Below are positions 38,844 through 48,395 of a stretch of DNA of 64,000 nucleotides, piece after piece (positions within the stretch are counted from its first letter, which is position 1; every line of letters starts with the position of its first letter). Source of the DNA: Abditibacterium sp. (lineage in GTDB: Bacteria; Armatimonadota; Abditibacteriia; Abditibacteriales; Abditibacteriaceae). The DNA lies in the NCBI GenBank assembly GCA_965246885.1, contig OZ251992.1:2336001-2400000 (forward strand), given 5' to 3'. The translations under genes were made by a program, and so were the position numbers. Below the pieces are notes generated by a model. That model made no database searches. It saw only the letters and a list, made by a program, of their open reading frames with translations, and was not told where the DNA came from.

Positions 38844-40097
38844 ATGAATACATCGGACTACGTGTTGGAGTTGGCGCAAAGCGCCCGAACTGCCTCGGTC
38901 GCGCTGCGCACTTTATCAACCGCCACGAAAAACGCGGCGCTCCTCGCAATGGCGCAGGCGTTGGTTGCGCGTCAAGGGGAAATTTTCGAGGCCAACGCGC
39001 GCGATGTCGCGCGCGCGCAGGAGCGCGGTTTGACGGGGGCGCTCTTGTCTCGCTTGCAACTCAACGAGAAGAAAGTGGCGGCGATGGCCGACGGTTGCCG
39101 GAGTGTGGCGGCGCTGCCCGATCCGGTCGGGCGCGTTTTGGCGGGCGAGCGGCGGCCTAACGGGTTGCAGATCGAACAGGTGCGCGTGCCTTTGGGCGTG
39201 GTCGCGGTGATTTTCGAGTCGCGCCCGAATGTGACGGTGGATGCCGCGATATTGGCCTTGAAAAGCGGGAACTCGGTCATTCTGCGCGGCGGCTCGGAGG
39301 CTTTGGAAACGAACGCCCTGCTCGCGCGTATTATCTCGGAGGCCGCAACTAAGAGCGGGGTGCCCGAAGGCGCCATTGGTTTTGTCGAAACCGCAGACCG
39401 CGCCGCGTCGGGCCAGTTGGCGACGCTCGATAGTCACATTGACCTCATCATTCCGCGTGGCGGCGAGGGGCTAAAAAAGGCGCTCCTGAGCGTGGCGACG
39501 GTGCCCGTCATCTTTGCGGCGGGCGGGGTGTGCCATGTTTTTGCGGACGCGAGCGCCGACTTGGAAATGGCGGCGAGCATCGCGGTGAACGCCAAGGTGT
39601 CTAATCCGGGGGTGTGCAACGCCTTGGAAACGCTCCTCGTTCACGAGGCCATCGCCGAGCGGTTCGTTCCCCTTGTCGCAGAGCGGCTGCGGGCGCAGTT
39701 GGTCGCCCTGAAGGGCGACGAACGGGCACAGGCGTTGGCTCCCGGAATGGAGGCCGCAACCGAAGAAGACTGGGCGGCGGAGTTCCTTGACCTGACTCTT
39801 GCCGTGCGCGTCGTGCCTGATCTGGACGCGGCCATTGACCATATCGGGCGCTATGGGACGCACCACTCCGACGCTATAGTGACGAACTCTTTTCCCAATG
39901 CCGAGCGCTTCGTGGCCGAGGTGGATTCGGCGGCGGTGTATGTCAACGCCTCGACGCGCTTTACCGACGGCTTCGAGTTCGGTCTGGGCGCCGAAGTCGG
40001 AATTTCGACGCAAAAGCTGCACGCGCGGGGGCCGATGGGCTTGGAAGCGCTCACCTCGACCAAGTATGTGGTGCGCGGCCAAGGGCAGATACGGTAG
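38844..40097 (+). CDS. proA: Gamma-glutamyl phosphate reductase
   Basis: VPLGVVAVIFESRPNVT, IPRGG, CNALETLL, NASTRFTDG, ISTQKLHARGPMGL. Confidence 0.98.
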   Translation: MNTSDYVLELAQSARTASVALRTLSTATKNAALLAMAQALVARQGEIFEANARDVARAQERGLTGALLSRLQLNEKKVAAMADGCRSVAALPDPVGRVLAGERRPNGLQIEQVRVPLGVVAVIFESRPNVTVDAAILALKSGNSVILRGGSEALETNALLARIISEAATKSGVPEGAIGFVETADRAASGQLATLDSHIDLIIPRGGEGLKKALLSVATVPVIFAAGGVCHVFADASADLEMAASIAVNAKVSNPGVCNALETLLVHEAIAERFVPLVAERLRAQLVALKGDERAQALAPGMEAATEEDWAAEFLDLTLAVRVVPDLDAAIDHIGRYGTHHSDAIVTNSFPNAERFVAEVDSAAVYVNASTRFTDGFEFGLGAEVGISTQKLHARGPMGLEALTSTKYVVRGQGQIR

Positions 40098-40138
40098 AAC
40101 CGCGCAAAAGCGCAACCGACACAAATTTTTTACCGCCC

Positions 40139-40669
40139 ATGCCCACTGCCGACCAATCTTCCACGTTGTGCCTGTCTTGTGGCTTGTGCTGCGATGGCAC
40201 TTTGTTCCGGCGCGTTGCCGTTGGGCCAGAGGACAACATCATTCGCCTTGAAGCCGCCGGATCACACGTTGTCTCCGAAGAAAACGTTTCGTTTTTCGTC
40301 CAGCCGTGCGTCTGTCTACACGACAAAAAATGCGGCATTTACCTCGATCGGCCCAAGGTGTGTCGCGGCTTCGCGTGCAAGTTGCTCGTCGGTTATCATG
40401 GCGAAGAGATTTCGTTCGAGCAAGCTGATGCGCTCATTCAGAAGTGCTTCACGCTCAAGGAGCGCGTGGAGGCCGAGTTGGAGCAAGTCGAACCTTCTTT
40501 GTTGGGCGTGCCGCCTCTGGCCCTGCCCGCTAAATTGGAGGAGCTAAGCGCGGGCGAGGACGGTCTGCGGTTTCGTCGCAAGTATGGGAAGCTCCTGCTT
40601 TTGCTGTGGGCGCTCAACGAGCACATCACGCTCCAGTTCCGTGACTTGCCGTCCGAAGAAACTCCGTAG
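40139..40669 (+). CDS. YkgJ-like cysteine-cluster (CxxCxxCC) protein
   Basis: CLSCGLCC..QPCVCL..CGIYLDRPKVCRGFAC. Confidence 0.85.
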   Translation: MPTADQSSTLCLSCGLCCDGTLFRRVAVGPEDNIIRLEAAGSHVVSEENVSFFVQPCVCLHDKKCGIYLDRPKVCRGFACKLLVGYHGEEISFEQADALIQKCFTLKERVEAELEQVEPSLLGVPPLALPAKLEELSAGEDGLRFRRKYGKLLLLLWALNEHITLQFRDLPSEETP

Positions 40670-40688
40670 CTCAATTCTTCAACTTCTC

Positions 40689-41228
40689 ATGCCCGCTATT
40701 TTTCTTCTTGGTTTCATGGGTAGTGGCAAGAGTGCCGTTGCGCGGGCGTTGTCGCGTCAGATGGAGTGGCCGCTCATAGATTTGGACGCGCGCATCGAGC
40801 AGGAGATAGGGGTTCCCATCGCCCAGTTCTTCGCGGAGCGCGGCGAGGAAGCGTTTCGGGACGTGGAAACGCGCGTTTTGGAGCAGGTCGAAACCGAGAA
40901 AGTCGTGGTTTCGCTGGGCGGAGGAGTGCCAACGCGCCAAAAAAACCGGGAGATGTTGCAAATGGCGGCACGCAAGGGCGCTTTGGTCGTGTATTTAGCG
41001 GCCCGCGCCCAGACATTAGCGGAGCGGATACGGCGGCAACCGGGGAAACGGCCTTTAATAGACGGAGCCGGAACGCTGGGGTTCGAGGATACGCAGCGCC
41101 GCGTCGAAGAACTTCTGAGGGAGCGCGAGGGGTTTTACCGCGACTGCGCTTCCTTCGAGGTGGAAACCGACGAGCGCACTATTCCGCAAATCGCGGCGCT
41201 TATCGCCGACGAGTGGGCACGTTCTTAG
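40689..41228 (+). CDS. aroK: Shikimate kinase
   Basis: GFMGSGKS, DLD, GEEAFRDVE, SLGGG, RPL. Confidence 0.95.
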   Translation: MPAIFLLGFMGSGKSAVARALSRQMEWPLIDLDARIEQEIGVPIAQFFAERGEEAFRDVETRVLEQVETEKVVVSLGGGVPTRQKNREMLQMAARKGALVVYLAARAQTLAERIRRQPGKRPLIDGAGTLGFEDTQRRVEELLREREGFYRDCASFEVETDERTIPQIAALIADEWARS

Positions 41229-41246
41229 CGCGCGGGCCGCATTTTT

Positions 41247-41648
41247 ATGGCTTCTCGTATACAGGCCCACCTCTTGTTGGGGCCGATTTCCGCTTTTACA
41301 GCCCGTCCGCCGTTCGAGGCGGCGTGGCAACCGCCCATTGACATCTACGAGTTGGACGACCGCATCCTGATACAGGTCGAAGTGCCCGGTTTGCAAATGG
41401 ACGACTTGGAGCTTCACTTCGAGCGCGGCGAACTGCGCGTCGAGGGCGTGCGCGCCCGTCCGCCGCTCCCCGCGCCGATGCGCGCGGCGCGCGTGGAGAT
41501 GCTGTATGGCCCCTTTTCGCGCCGCATCCCCCTGCCTGATGACGCGCGCGGCGATGACATCCGCGCCACCTACGACGCCGGGATTTTGCAAATCCTCGTG
41601 CCGCGTCGCGTGCGCGGAACGGACAGCCGCCGCATCGAGATTTCGTAA
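41247..41648 (+). CDS. Hsp20/alpha-crystallin family protein
   Basis: WQPPIDIYE..EVPG..YGPFSRRIPLP..ATYDAGILQI. Confidence 0.92.
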   Translation: MASRIQAHLLLGPISAFTARPPFEAAWQPPIDIYELDDRILIQVEVPGLQMDDLELHFERGELRVEGVRARPPLPAPMRAARVEMLYGPFSRRIPLPDDARGDDIRATYDAGILQILVPRRVRGTDSRRIEIS

Positions 41649-41678
41649 CTTCCCGGCCCGCCAACCCAATACCTTATC

Positions 41679-44147
41679 ATGCCCGAACAAATACCCCAGT
41701 TGCCGGAGCGGTTGCCCGTTTTGGCGACGACAAATTTAGTGCTGTTTCCTTCGATGCTCGCGCCGCTTTCCGTTGGCCGCGCGGCCTCGATGAAAGCGTT
41801 AGACTCGGCGCTGAGCGCCGACCGCTTGGTGGCCGTGACGCTGCAAGTCGAGGAGTCAATCGAAGTGCCCACGACCGAGCAGCTTTATACAGTCGCATGC
41901 GCGGCGCAAGTGCTTCGCATGATGCGCACCCCCGAAGAAACGGCGCAAGTCGTGATTCAGGGCCTCGTGCGCGTGCGCTTGTCGGACTTCGAGGAGCGCG
42001 ATGGCGTCTTGACAGCGCGCGTGGAACCGCTTGCGGACGCGGCTGAGACCTCGCCCGAAATTCAAGCGCTGTCTCAGTCACTCATGCGCGACTTCGAGCG
42101 CATTGTGGACCTCTCGCCCGTCCTGCCCGAAGAAGCCGTCGCTGCGGCGCGCGCCCAAAACGAACCGGGGAAGCTCGCCGACTTCGTGGCCTCGGCCCTG
42201 AACATAGAAGCGAACGCGCGCCAAGAACTGCTGGCGGAGTTGGACGTGCCCGCCCGCATGAAGCGGGTCGCGGAAATGTGCGGCGGCGAGATTTCCGTGC
42301 TCGAACTAACCAATAAGATACAAACCGAGACGCGCAAGGAGTTGGACAAAGGCCAGCGCGAGTTCATCCTGCGCCAGCAGTTGCGCGAGATACAAAAGCA
42401 ACTGGGCGAGGGAGAAGAGTCGGGCGCGGAGTTGGACGAGTTGCAAGCCCAAATCGAAGCGGCGGGCATGCCCGAAGCCCCGCTCAAAGCCGCGACGCGC
42501 GAACTGGAGCGGCTCCGGCGCATCCCCTCGGCCTCGCCGGAATACTCGGTCGCGCGCAATTACCTTGATTATCTGCTCGCTATCCCTTGGAACAAGTCCA
42601 CCACCGATGACCTGGACGTGCGGCACGCGGCCAAGGTGCTCGACGACGAGCACTTTGGCTTGGACGATGTGAAGGAGCGCGTCTTGGATTATCTGGCGGT
42701 GCGCCGCCTCAAGCCCGACGGCAAAGGGCCGATTCTGTGCTTGGTTGGGCCGCCGGGGGTGGGTAAAACCAGCCTCGCGCACTCGGTCGCACACGCCTTG
42801 GGGCGCAACTTCGTCCGTATGGCCTTGGGCGGCGTGCGCGACGAGGCCGAAATACGCGGGCACCGCCGCACCTATATCGGCGCCATGCCGGGGCGCATCG
42901 TGCAGGGCTTGCGCGACGCCGGGACGAACAACCCCGTGATGATTCTGGACGAGATAGACAAACTGGGCAGCGACTACCGAGGTGATCCAACATCGGCCCT
43001 CTTGGAGGTGCTCGACCCGCAGCAAAACAACGCGTTCCGCGACCACTATCTGGAAGTGCCGCTCAACTTGTCCAAGGTGATGTTCATCACGACCGCGAAC
43101 GTGTTAGATACCATCCCCGGCCCGCTTCGAGATAGGATGGAGATCGTGCGCATCGGCGGCTACACCGAAGCCGAGAAGGTCGCCATCGCGCGCCGTTACT
43201 TGCTCCCGCGCCAAAAGAAAGAGAATGGCCTCTTAGAAGAGGACGTGTTCATCAAAGACGAGACGCTCGCCCAGATAGTGCGCGGCTGGACGCGCGAAGC
43301 GGGGGTGCGCAGTTTGGAACGGGAGCTTGGCTCCATCTGCCGCAAGGTGGCGCGCCGCATTTCGGAAGACGTCGCCCGCGACGAAACGAAGCGGCCCAAG
43401 CGCAAGCCCCGGCCCGGAGCCAAACCGCGCCGCGTCAAGCCGCGCGAAGCGGCGCGCAAGCGCATCTTGCCCGCGTCGCTCGAAGGGTATCTTGGCCCGC
43501 AGAAGTTCCAGCCGGAAATGGGCAACCGCGAAGCGCAGGTCGGGGTTTCGACGGGGATGGCGTGGACGCCAATGGGCGGCGAGATTCTCTTCATCGAGAC
43601 GGTCAAGATGCCGGGTCGGGGCCTGACGCTGACGGGGCAGTTGGGCGAGGTGATGAAAGAGTCGGCGCAAATCGCGCTGGACTACTTGCGCTCGCACCAT
43701 ACGGAGGCAGGCATCGAAATTCCCGACGACGCGGGCGTGCACGTCCACGTCCCGGCGGGCGCGATTCCCAAGGACGGGCCGAGCGCGGGTGTGGCGATGA
43801 CAGTTGCGCTCGCGTCCCTCTTCAGTGGCCGTGCCGCGCGGCACGATTATTCGATGACCGGCGAAGTGACGCTGACGGGCCGCGTCCTGCCCGTTGGCGG
43901 CGTCAAAGAGAAAGTGTTGGCCGCGCGGCAAGCGGGCATTTCGACCATCGTTTTGCCTGAACGCAACCGCGCGGACATCGCCGAGATTTCGGATGAGGCG
44001 CGGCGCAGCCTTCACTTTCACTTCGTTTCGGACGTGCGCGAAGCGCTGGAGATCGTGCTACTCCCACGCGGCGAAGCGAACGGGCACGCCGAAGGGCCTG
44101 TGGAACTGACGCCGTTGGAGCAGGATGTGGACGCGGCGGTGGCGTAA
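41679..44147 (+). CDS. lon: ATP-dependent protease La
   Basis: GPPGVGKTS, RGHRRTYIGAMPG, LDEIDK, PKDGPSAG, GGVKEK. Confidence 0.98.
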   Translation: MPEQIPQLPERLPVLATTNLVLFPSMLAPLSVGRAASMKALDSALSADRLVAVTLQVEESIEVPTTEQLYTVACAAQVLRMMRTPEETAQVVIQGLVRVRLSDFEERDGVLTARVEPLADAAETSPEIQALSQSLMRDFERIVDLSPVLPEEAVAAARAQNEPGKLADFVASALNIEANARQELLAELDVPARMKRVAEMCGGEISVLELTNKIQTETRKELDKGQREFILRQQLREIQKQLGEGEESGAELDELQAQIEAAGMPEAPLKAATRELERLRRIPSASPEYSVARNYLDYLLAIPWNKSTTDDLDVRHAAKVLDDEHFGLDDVKERVLDYLAVRRLKPDGKGPILCLVGPPGVGKTSLAHSVAHALGRNFVRMALGGVRDEAEIRGHRRTYIGAMPGRIVQGLRDAGTNNPVMILDEIDKLGSDYRGDPTSALLEVLDPQQNNAFRDHYLEVPLNLSKVMFITTANVLDTIPGPLRDRMEIVRIGGYTEAEKVAIARRYLLPRQKKENGLLEEDVFIKDETLAQIVRGWTREAGVRSLERELGSICRKVARRISEDVARDETKRPKRKPRPGAKPRRVKPREAARKRILPASLEGYLGPQKFQPEMGNREAQVGVSTGMAWTPMGGEILFIETVKMPGRGLTLTGQLGEVMKESAQIALDYLRSHHTEAGIEIPDDAGVHVHVPAGAIPKDGPSAGVAMTVALASLFSGRAARHDYSMTGEVTLTGRVLPVGGVKEKVLAARQAGISTIVLPERNRADIAEISDEARRSLHFHFVSDVREALEIVLLPRGEANGHAEGPVELTPLEQDVDAAVA

Positions 44148-44158
44148 ATGCCCTTCAA

Positions 44159-44241
44159 CCCCGTAGGGGCACCCCATGTGGGTGCCCTCGTAACAACCGC
44201 GTGATTGTAGAAGGGCGCCCACGTGGGGTGCCCCTACGGGG
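44159..44241. repeat. GTAG-family REP doublet (REPIN-like)
   Basis: GTAGGGGCACCCCATGTGGGTGCCC ... GGGCGCCCACGTGGGGTGCCCCTAC, inverted pair between convergent genes. Confidence 0.85.
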
Positions 44242-45157
44242 CTTTGACCGGCGGGCTTACCGGTGCAGCCTCTGCCGGTTCTTCCGGCATCGCCGTCGGA
44301 GCGGGTTCTTCGGTTGCGGTTGGTTGTGCGGTTGGCGCGGGCGGGGGCGGCGCGACGGACCCGATGAGGTCGGGCGGAAGCGTCGGCGCGGGCGCGAAGG
44401 GGACGCGTATTTTGGGCGCGCGTGTTTTGGCGGGGGCGGGGGTATTCGGGCCGCAGTCACCCTTGCCTTGCCATCGGATGCCGCTCCCCGTGATGCGGCC
44501 TTCCTGGAGGTAAATGAGAATATTCTGGCCAATAAAAGTGTTGCATTTGTCGTCGGTGAAGCGCACGTTGCCGAGCAGGTTAATGATGTTCTGCTTCTCG
44601 TCGTAAACGATCTTGTTGCAGGTGCCGTTGTTGACGCCTTGGGCGATGTGGATGTTGCCGGTCGCGGTGGCTTGGCGGATGTCGTAATCCCAGTCCACGC
44701 GCTCGCAGGTGACGGTGATGGGTTTCTTGCCCGCCTCGCCTCGCAAGCCCGCCGCGACGCCGTCGTTTTTGCCATGCGAGTGGATGACGACGTGGCCAGT
44801 GATTGTCGCGGTGCGCGCGTTGAAGTCGGCGAAGAGTTTGTCGCCGGTGATGGTGGAATCGCGGGTTTCGACGCTCAGGCCGATGGAAGCGTTAGCGATG
44901 TTGCGGTTGCGGTCGAAGGTGGCGTCTTGGGCGCGGATGACTACGTCCTCGCCGCTTTGGGTGACAACGACGTTCTTGGTCATGTGGCCCAAGCCGCGCT
45001 CGGTGTCGTAGGTGGTGATGCCGCCGTTACGGTCGTTTTTGATGGAGAAAGCGCCATCGCTCGTGGCGGCTTTGGCTGGCGCCTTAGGCGGTTGCGCGAG
45101 GGCGACAAGGGGCGCGGCACCAGCGAGAAGGAGAGCGATTTTGAAGGGTGTTTTCAT
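44234..45157 (-). CDS. LptA/OstA-like periplasmic beta-jellyroll protein with Pro-rich tail
   Basis: Signal peptide; ATITGHV, ATATGNI, INLLGNV strand repeats. Confidence 0.7.
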   Translation of the reverse strand: MKTPFKIALLLAGAAPLVALAQPPKAPAKAATSDGAFSIKNDRNGGITTYDTERGLGHMTKNVVVTQSGEDVVIRAQDATFDRNRNIANASIGLSVETRDSTITGDKLFADFNARTATITGHVVIHSHGKNDGVAAGLRGEAGKKPITVTCERVDWDYDIRQATATGNIHIAQGVNNGTCNKIVYDEKQNIINLLGNVRFTDDKCNTFIGQNILIYLQEGRITGSGIRWQGKGDCGPNTPAPAKTRAPKIRVPFAPAPTLPPDLIGSVAPPPPAPTAQPTATEEPAPTAMPEEPAEAAPVSPPVKAP

Positions 45158-45891
45158 CTTGGGGCCTTGGGAAGCGTCAGGGCGAGTAGCTCCCGCCACT
45201 TGTCTGGGCGCGCTTTGGAAACGTCGAACGACAGTTCGCTCCCGCCCAGTTCGAGCGCGCGCGTCTTGGTCGAAGCGTGCAGGTGCGTTCCTTCCAGACG
45301 CACGCCGGGGGCGCGGAGTTCGACCGGCGCCTCACACGTCAAGGCGCCTGTGTCCCAGCGATAATCGAGGCGCGGCGCGGAAAAGGTGAACTCGCGCAGT
45401 TTGGCTTGCACCGGCAACGGGCACGACAGCAGTTTGCCCTTGTAGTTCCAGCGCACGAGCGGGGCAGTAACCTCGAACTGCCCGTCGCCCGCCGCGTGGA
45501 CGCCGCCGCTCGCTTCGACGTTGTTGCTCGCGTTCTCCAAGCGCACAAGCGGGGCAGTCAGGTGGAGGATGGGCTTATCATCGCGGAACAGGATGCCGTT
45601 GGTAACGCCGTGCGCGAGGGTTTGACTCCCGTCGGGCGACAGTTCGATGCGCGCGGCATCGAACTGCCACAAGCGCTTGCCGTCTTTGCGCACGGTTTGA
45701 CTGGTGCCCTCGACAACCATTGGCGGGAGGGCTTCGGGCGCAACGGGCGAAATGGCATCGTCCCGAAACCCCCATCGCACGACCAGCGCAACGGCGACGA
45801 GGCCCATTCCCCACGCCAAGCGCCGCGCCCACACGCGCCATCGGGCGTGGGGCGAAGCGGAAGCAGTCGGCGAGGACGAAGCGGCGCTCAT
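45154..45891 (-). CDS. LptC-like protein
   Basis: N-terminal TM; GKRLWQFDA; jellyroll-like pattern; ATGA-coupled to LptA-like gene. Confidence 0.65.
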   Translation of the reverse strand: MSAASSSPTASASPHARWRVWARRLAWGMGLVAVALVVRWGFRDDAISPVAPEALPPMVVEGTSQTVRKDGKRLWQFDAARIELSPDGSQTLAHGVTNGILFRDDKPILHLTAPLVRLENASNNVEASGGVHAAGDGQFEVTAPLVRWNYKGKLLSCPLPVQAKLREFTFSAPRLDYRWDTGALTCEAPVELRAPGVRLEGTHLHASTKTRALELGGSELSFDVSKARPDKWRELLALTLPKAPR

Positions 45892-45917
45892 AGGAAGGAG
45901 CAGTAGTTTGGAACGCG

Positions 45918-45955
45918 AAAAAAACGCCGTCCCAAGGGAGACGGCGTTTTCTTTT
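45918..45955 (-). terminator. Rho-independent (bidirectional) terminator
   Basis: AAAACGCCGTC-ccaaggga-GACGGCGTTTT with T tracts on both strands. Confidence 0.85.
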
Positions 45956-45969
45956 CGTTTGAGAGCCTG

Positions 45970-46992
45970 TTAGCCGGTCGTTGTTTTAGTTGCCGTCGCA
46001 GTGGGCGTGGTGGAAGTGGCCGTTGCGACGGGCGTGCCAGTTGTGGTAGCAGTGGGAGTGGGCGTGGCAGTGGGCGCCGTTGTCGCGGTGGCGATGGCGA
46101 CGGACGTAGAAGTCGCGGTGGCGATGGGAGTGCCGACGGTGGTGGCCGTTGCAAAAGGAGTCGAAGTGGGCGTTTCGGTCACGGTGGGAAGGGGCGGCGT
46201 GGTCGAAGCGTTGGTGCAAACGTCCGCCGTGATTGCCGTTGCCGACTGCGGAAACGAGGTGGAAGCGCTTAATCCCGCGAACACTTCGCCGTTGGTGCTG
46301 GCGGGGTCAGTAGACACCTTCACCTGAAAAGCGCGCGGCTGGTAGGGAATCTTAATGGAATAAAAGCCCGCTGCGTCGGGTGTGATCGTCGCTTGGGCGA
46401 TGCTGAGAGTGCCGTTGGTTTGGTTGAGGTCATCCACTTCCACTAAAACCGAGCTGATGATGGGCTGCGAACTGGACGAGCAAAGGACGCCCGATGCGAC
46501 CGGGTTGCCGTTGGCGTCGGTGTTGAGCAGGATGTGGCCGGATACGGTGAAGGGGTTGGAAGCCCCAGTCTGGCCCGTAACCAACAACACGGCAGTGTTG
46601 GCGCCGGAAGTCACCACGAGCGAGCGCGTGGTGGTGACGCTTGTTCCATTGGGCTGAACGACAGAAAAGACGAGGGTGTAGGTGCCGGGGACAACCCCGC
46701 GTATCGTGCCCACGCCGTTTTTCCCGGCGTTGGCGGTGTAGGTGCGGCCCGACGCGCTGGATAAAGTGATGCTGCCGCCCGTCGCGTTGGTGAGGTCGCT
46801 CAGTTGCAGTTGAAACGGGATCGTGCCGGCAGCAGGCGCGGGAGTCAGACCGGGGATGGAAGTCGGGGTGACGATGCCGCCCCCGCCGCCGCCGCAACCG
46901 GCCAAGTTCAGCGCCAAAAAGCCGCCCAGCACCAGCAGTGTTCCCCCGGCGCATAGCGTCGAGGCTTGGAATGGAAATCGTTTCGTCGTCAT
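45970..46992 (-). CDS. Lipoprotein with beta-sandwich domains and Thr/Pro-rich tail
   Basis: LAG-CGGGGGG lipobox; TPTATATT repeats. Confidence 0.8.
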   Translation of the reverse strand: MTTKRFPFQASTLCAGGTLLVLGGFLALNLAGCGGGGGGIVTPTSIPGLTPAPAAGTIPFQLQLSDLTNATGGSITLSSASGRTYTANAGKNGVGTIRGVVPGTYTLVFSVVQPNGTSVTTTRSLVVTSGANTAVLLVTGQTGASNPFTVSGHILLNTDANGNPVASGVLCSSSSQPIISSVLVEVDDLNQTNGTLSIAQATITPDAAGFYSIKIPYQPRAFQVKVSTDPASTNGEVFAGLSASTSFPQSATAITADVCTNASTTPPLPTVTETPTSTPFATATTVGTPIATATSTSVAIATATTAPTATPTPTATTTGTPVATATSTTPTATATKTTTG

Positions 46993-47043
46993 GGATGGAA
47001 ATCGCGCCCAGTTTAAGGCACGCGCAGGGTAACGGGCCGCTTT

Positions 47044-47463
47044 TTAGAACGGCGGCGGCGGAATTGTTCCGGCGGGAGTGGGCGTGAGGCCGTTAGGGAA
47101 GGAAATATCTACCGTTGTAGTGCCGTTTCCGGCGCTGAAATTCTGGCTTTGCACCTGTCCGTTCACGCTTGCAGAGACGGCGTAGTTGCCCGCGACGAAC
47201 CCCGCGAACGAGGCTTGCCCGCCCGTTGTGCCCAGTCGGAACGTGCTGGCGCCCGCCGTGAGGGTGACCACGCCGTCCACCAGAGCGCCACCCGCGTCGC
47301 GCAAGCGCACGAGGATGATGTTGCCCGAGACTGGCGTCGCCGTTGCGGTGGGGGTGGCCGTTGGCGTGGGCGCAGGGCCACCGCCGCCGCCACCACAACC
47401 CGCCAAATAAAGCGCGCCCGCGAGCAGTAGCACCGCCCCAACACTCCGAAAGGGTGAAAACAT
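47044..47463 (-). CDS. Lipoprotein with PT linker and carboxypeptidase-regulatory-like domain
   Basis: LAG-CGGGGGG lipobox; PTPTATPTAT. Confidence 0.8.
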   Translation of the reverse strand: MFSPFRSVGAVLLLAGALYLAGCGGGGGGPAPTPTATPTATATPVSGNIILVRLRDAGGALVDGVVTLTAGASTFRLGTTGGQASFAGFVAGNYAVSASVNGQVQSQNFSAGNGTTTVDISFPNGLTPTPAGTIPPPPF

Positions 47464-47520
47464 CGGTAAGGGTTTGAGTAATTTTGCGCGGGGAAGTTGC
47501 GGGTCGCACACTCAAAGGAG

Positions 47521-47967
47521 ATGACGCTTGTCTTTCTCGCCCTCGGCTCGAATGAGGGCGACCGCTTGGAGCACTTGCGCTTCGCGCTCTGGGAGTTGGC
47601 GGCGCGCGGCGTGACAGTTGAGGCGCGCTCACGCATTTACCGGAGCGCGAGCGTAGAATCAGGCGGCGAGGGCGAGTTCCTCAACGCCGTCGTGCGCGGG
47701 CGAACCGCGCTTTCCGCGCTGCAACTGCTGGAAGTCTGTCAGGAGGTTGAAGCCCTCGCGGGGCGGGACAAACCAATCGTTGAAGGCGCCAAGCGCGTCG
47801 GCACGCGGGCGCTGGATATAGACATCTTGCTGTTTGGCGACACTCTGTCCGATTCCCCGGCGTTGCAACTGCCCCATCCGCGCGCGTTGGGGCGTCCGTT
47901 CGTCTTGTTGCCGCTTTTGGACGTGCTGGATACGGCGGGGGTCAGCGCGACAGAGATGGAATGGTGA
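47521..47967 (+). CDS. folK: HPPK (6-hydroxymethyl-7,8-dihydropterin pyrophosphokinase)
   Basis: FLALGSN, FLNAV, RALDIDILL, LPHPR..RPFVLLPL. Confidence 0.93.
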   Translation: MTLVFLALGSNEGDRLEHLRFALWELAARGVTVEARSRIYRSASVESGGEGEFLNAVVRGRTALSALQLLEVCQEVEALAGRDKPIVEGAKRVGTRALDIDILLFGDTLSDSPALQLPHPRALGRPFVLLPLLDVLDTAGVSATEMEW

Positions 47968-48368
47968 ACACTGAAGGCGTGCTCCGCACCCTCGTTAAAG
48001 CCAAAATCCACCGCGCGACGGTGACGCAGGCCGAACTCAACTACGTCGGCTCGCTCACCATTGACCTCGACCTCATGGAAGCGTGCGACATCGTGCCCAA
48101 TGAGCAAGTGCATATCGTGAACGTCACCAACGGGCACCGCATGATCACCTACGCCATCGAAGGCGCGCGCGGAAGCGGCGTCATGTGCCTCAACGGTGCC
48201 GCCGCGCGGCACGGGCAAAAGGGCGACCTCATCATCGTGATGACGTTCGGCCACTTTAGCCCCGAAGAAACGCGCGTCTGGGAACCGCAAATCGTCGTCG
48301 TGGACGAGGCGAACCGCATCATCGAGCGGCTCCACGAGAAACACGGCGCCTTTGAAGGGAGCGGTTGA
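47961..48368 (+). CDS. panD: Aspartate 1-decarboxylase (start may be GTG 47979)
   Basis: KIHRATVTQAELNYVG-SLTID, TYAI, NGAAAR. Confidence 0.97.
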   Translation: MVNTEGVLRTLVKAKIHRATVTQAELNYVGSLTIDLDLMEACDIVPNEQVHIVNVTNGHRMITYAIEGARGSGVMCLNGAAARHGQKGDLIIVMTFGHFSPEETRVWEPQIVVVDEANRIIERLHEKHGAFEGSG

Positions 48369-48395
48369 CCTCGCAGGACAGTCAACACTAAAACT

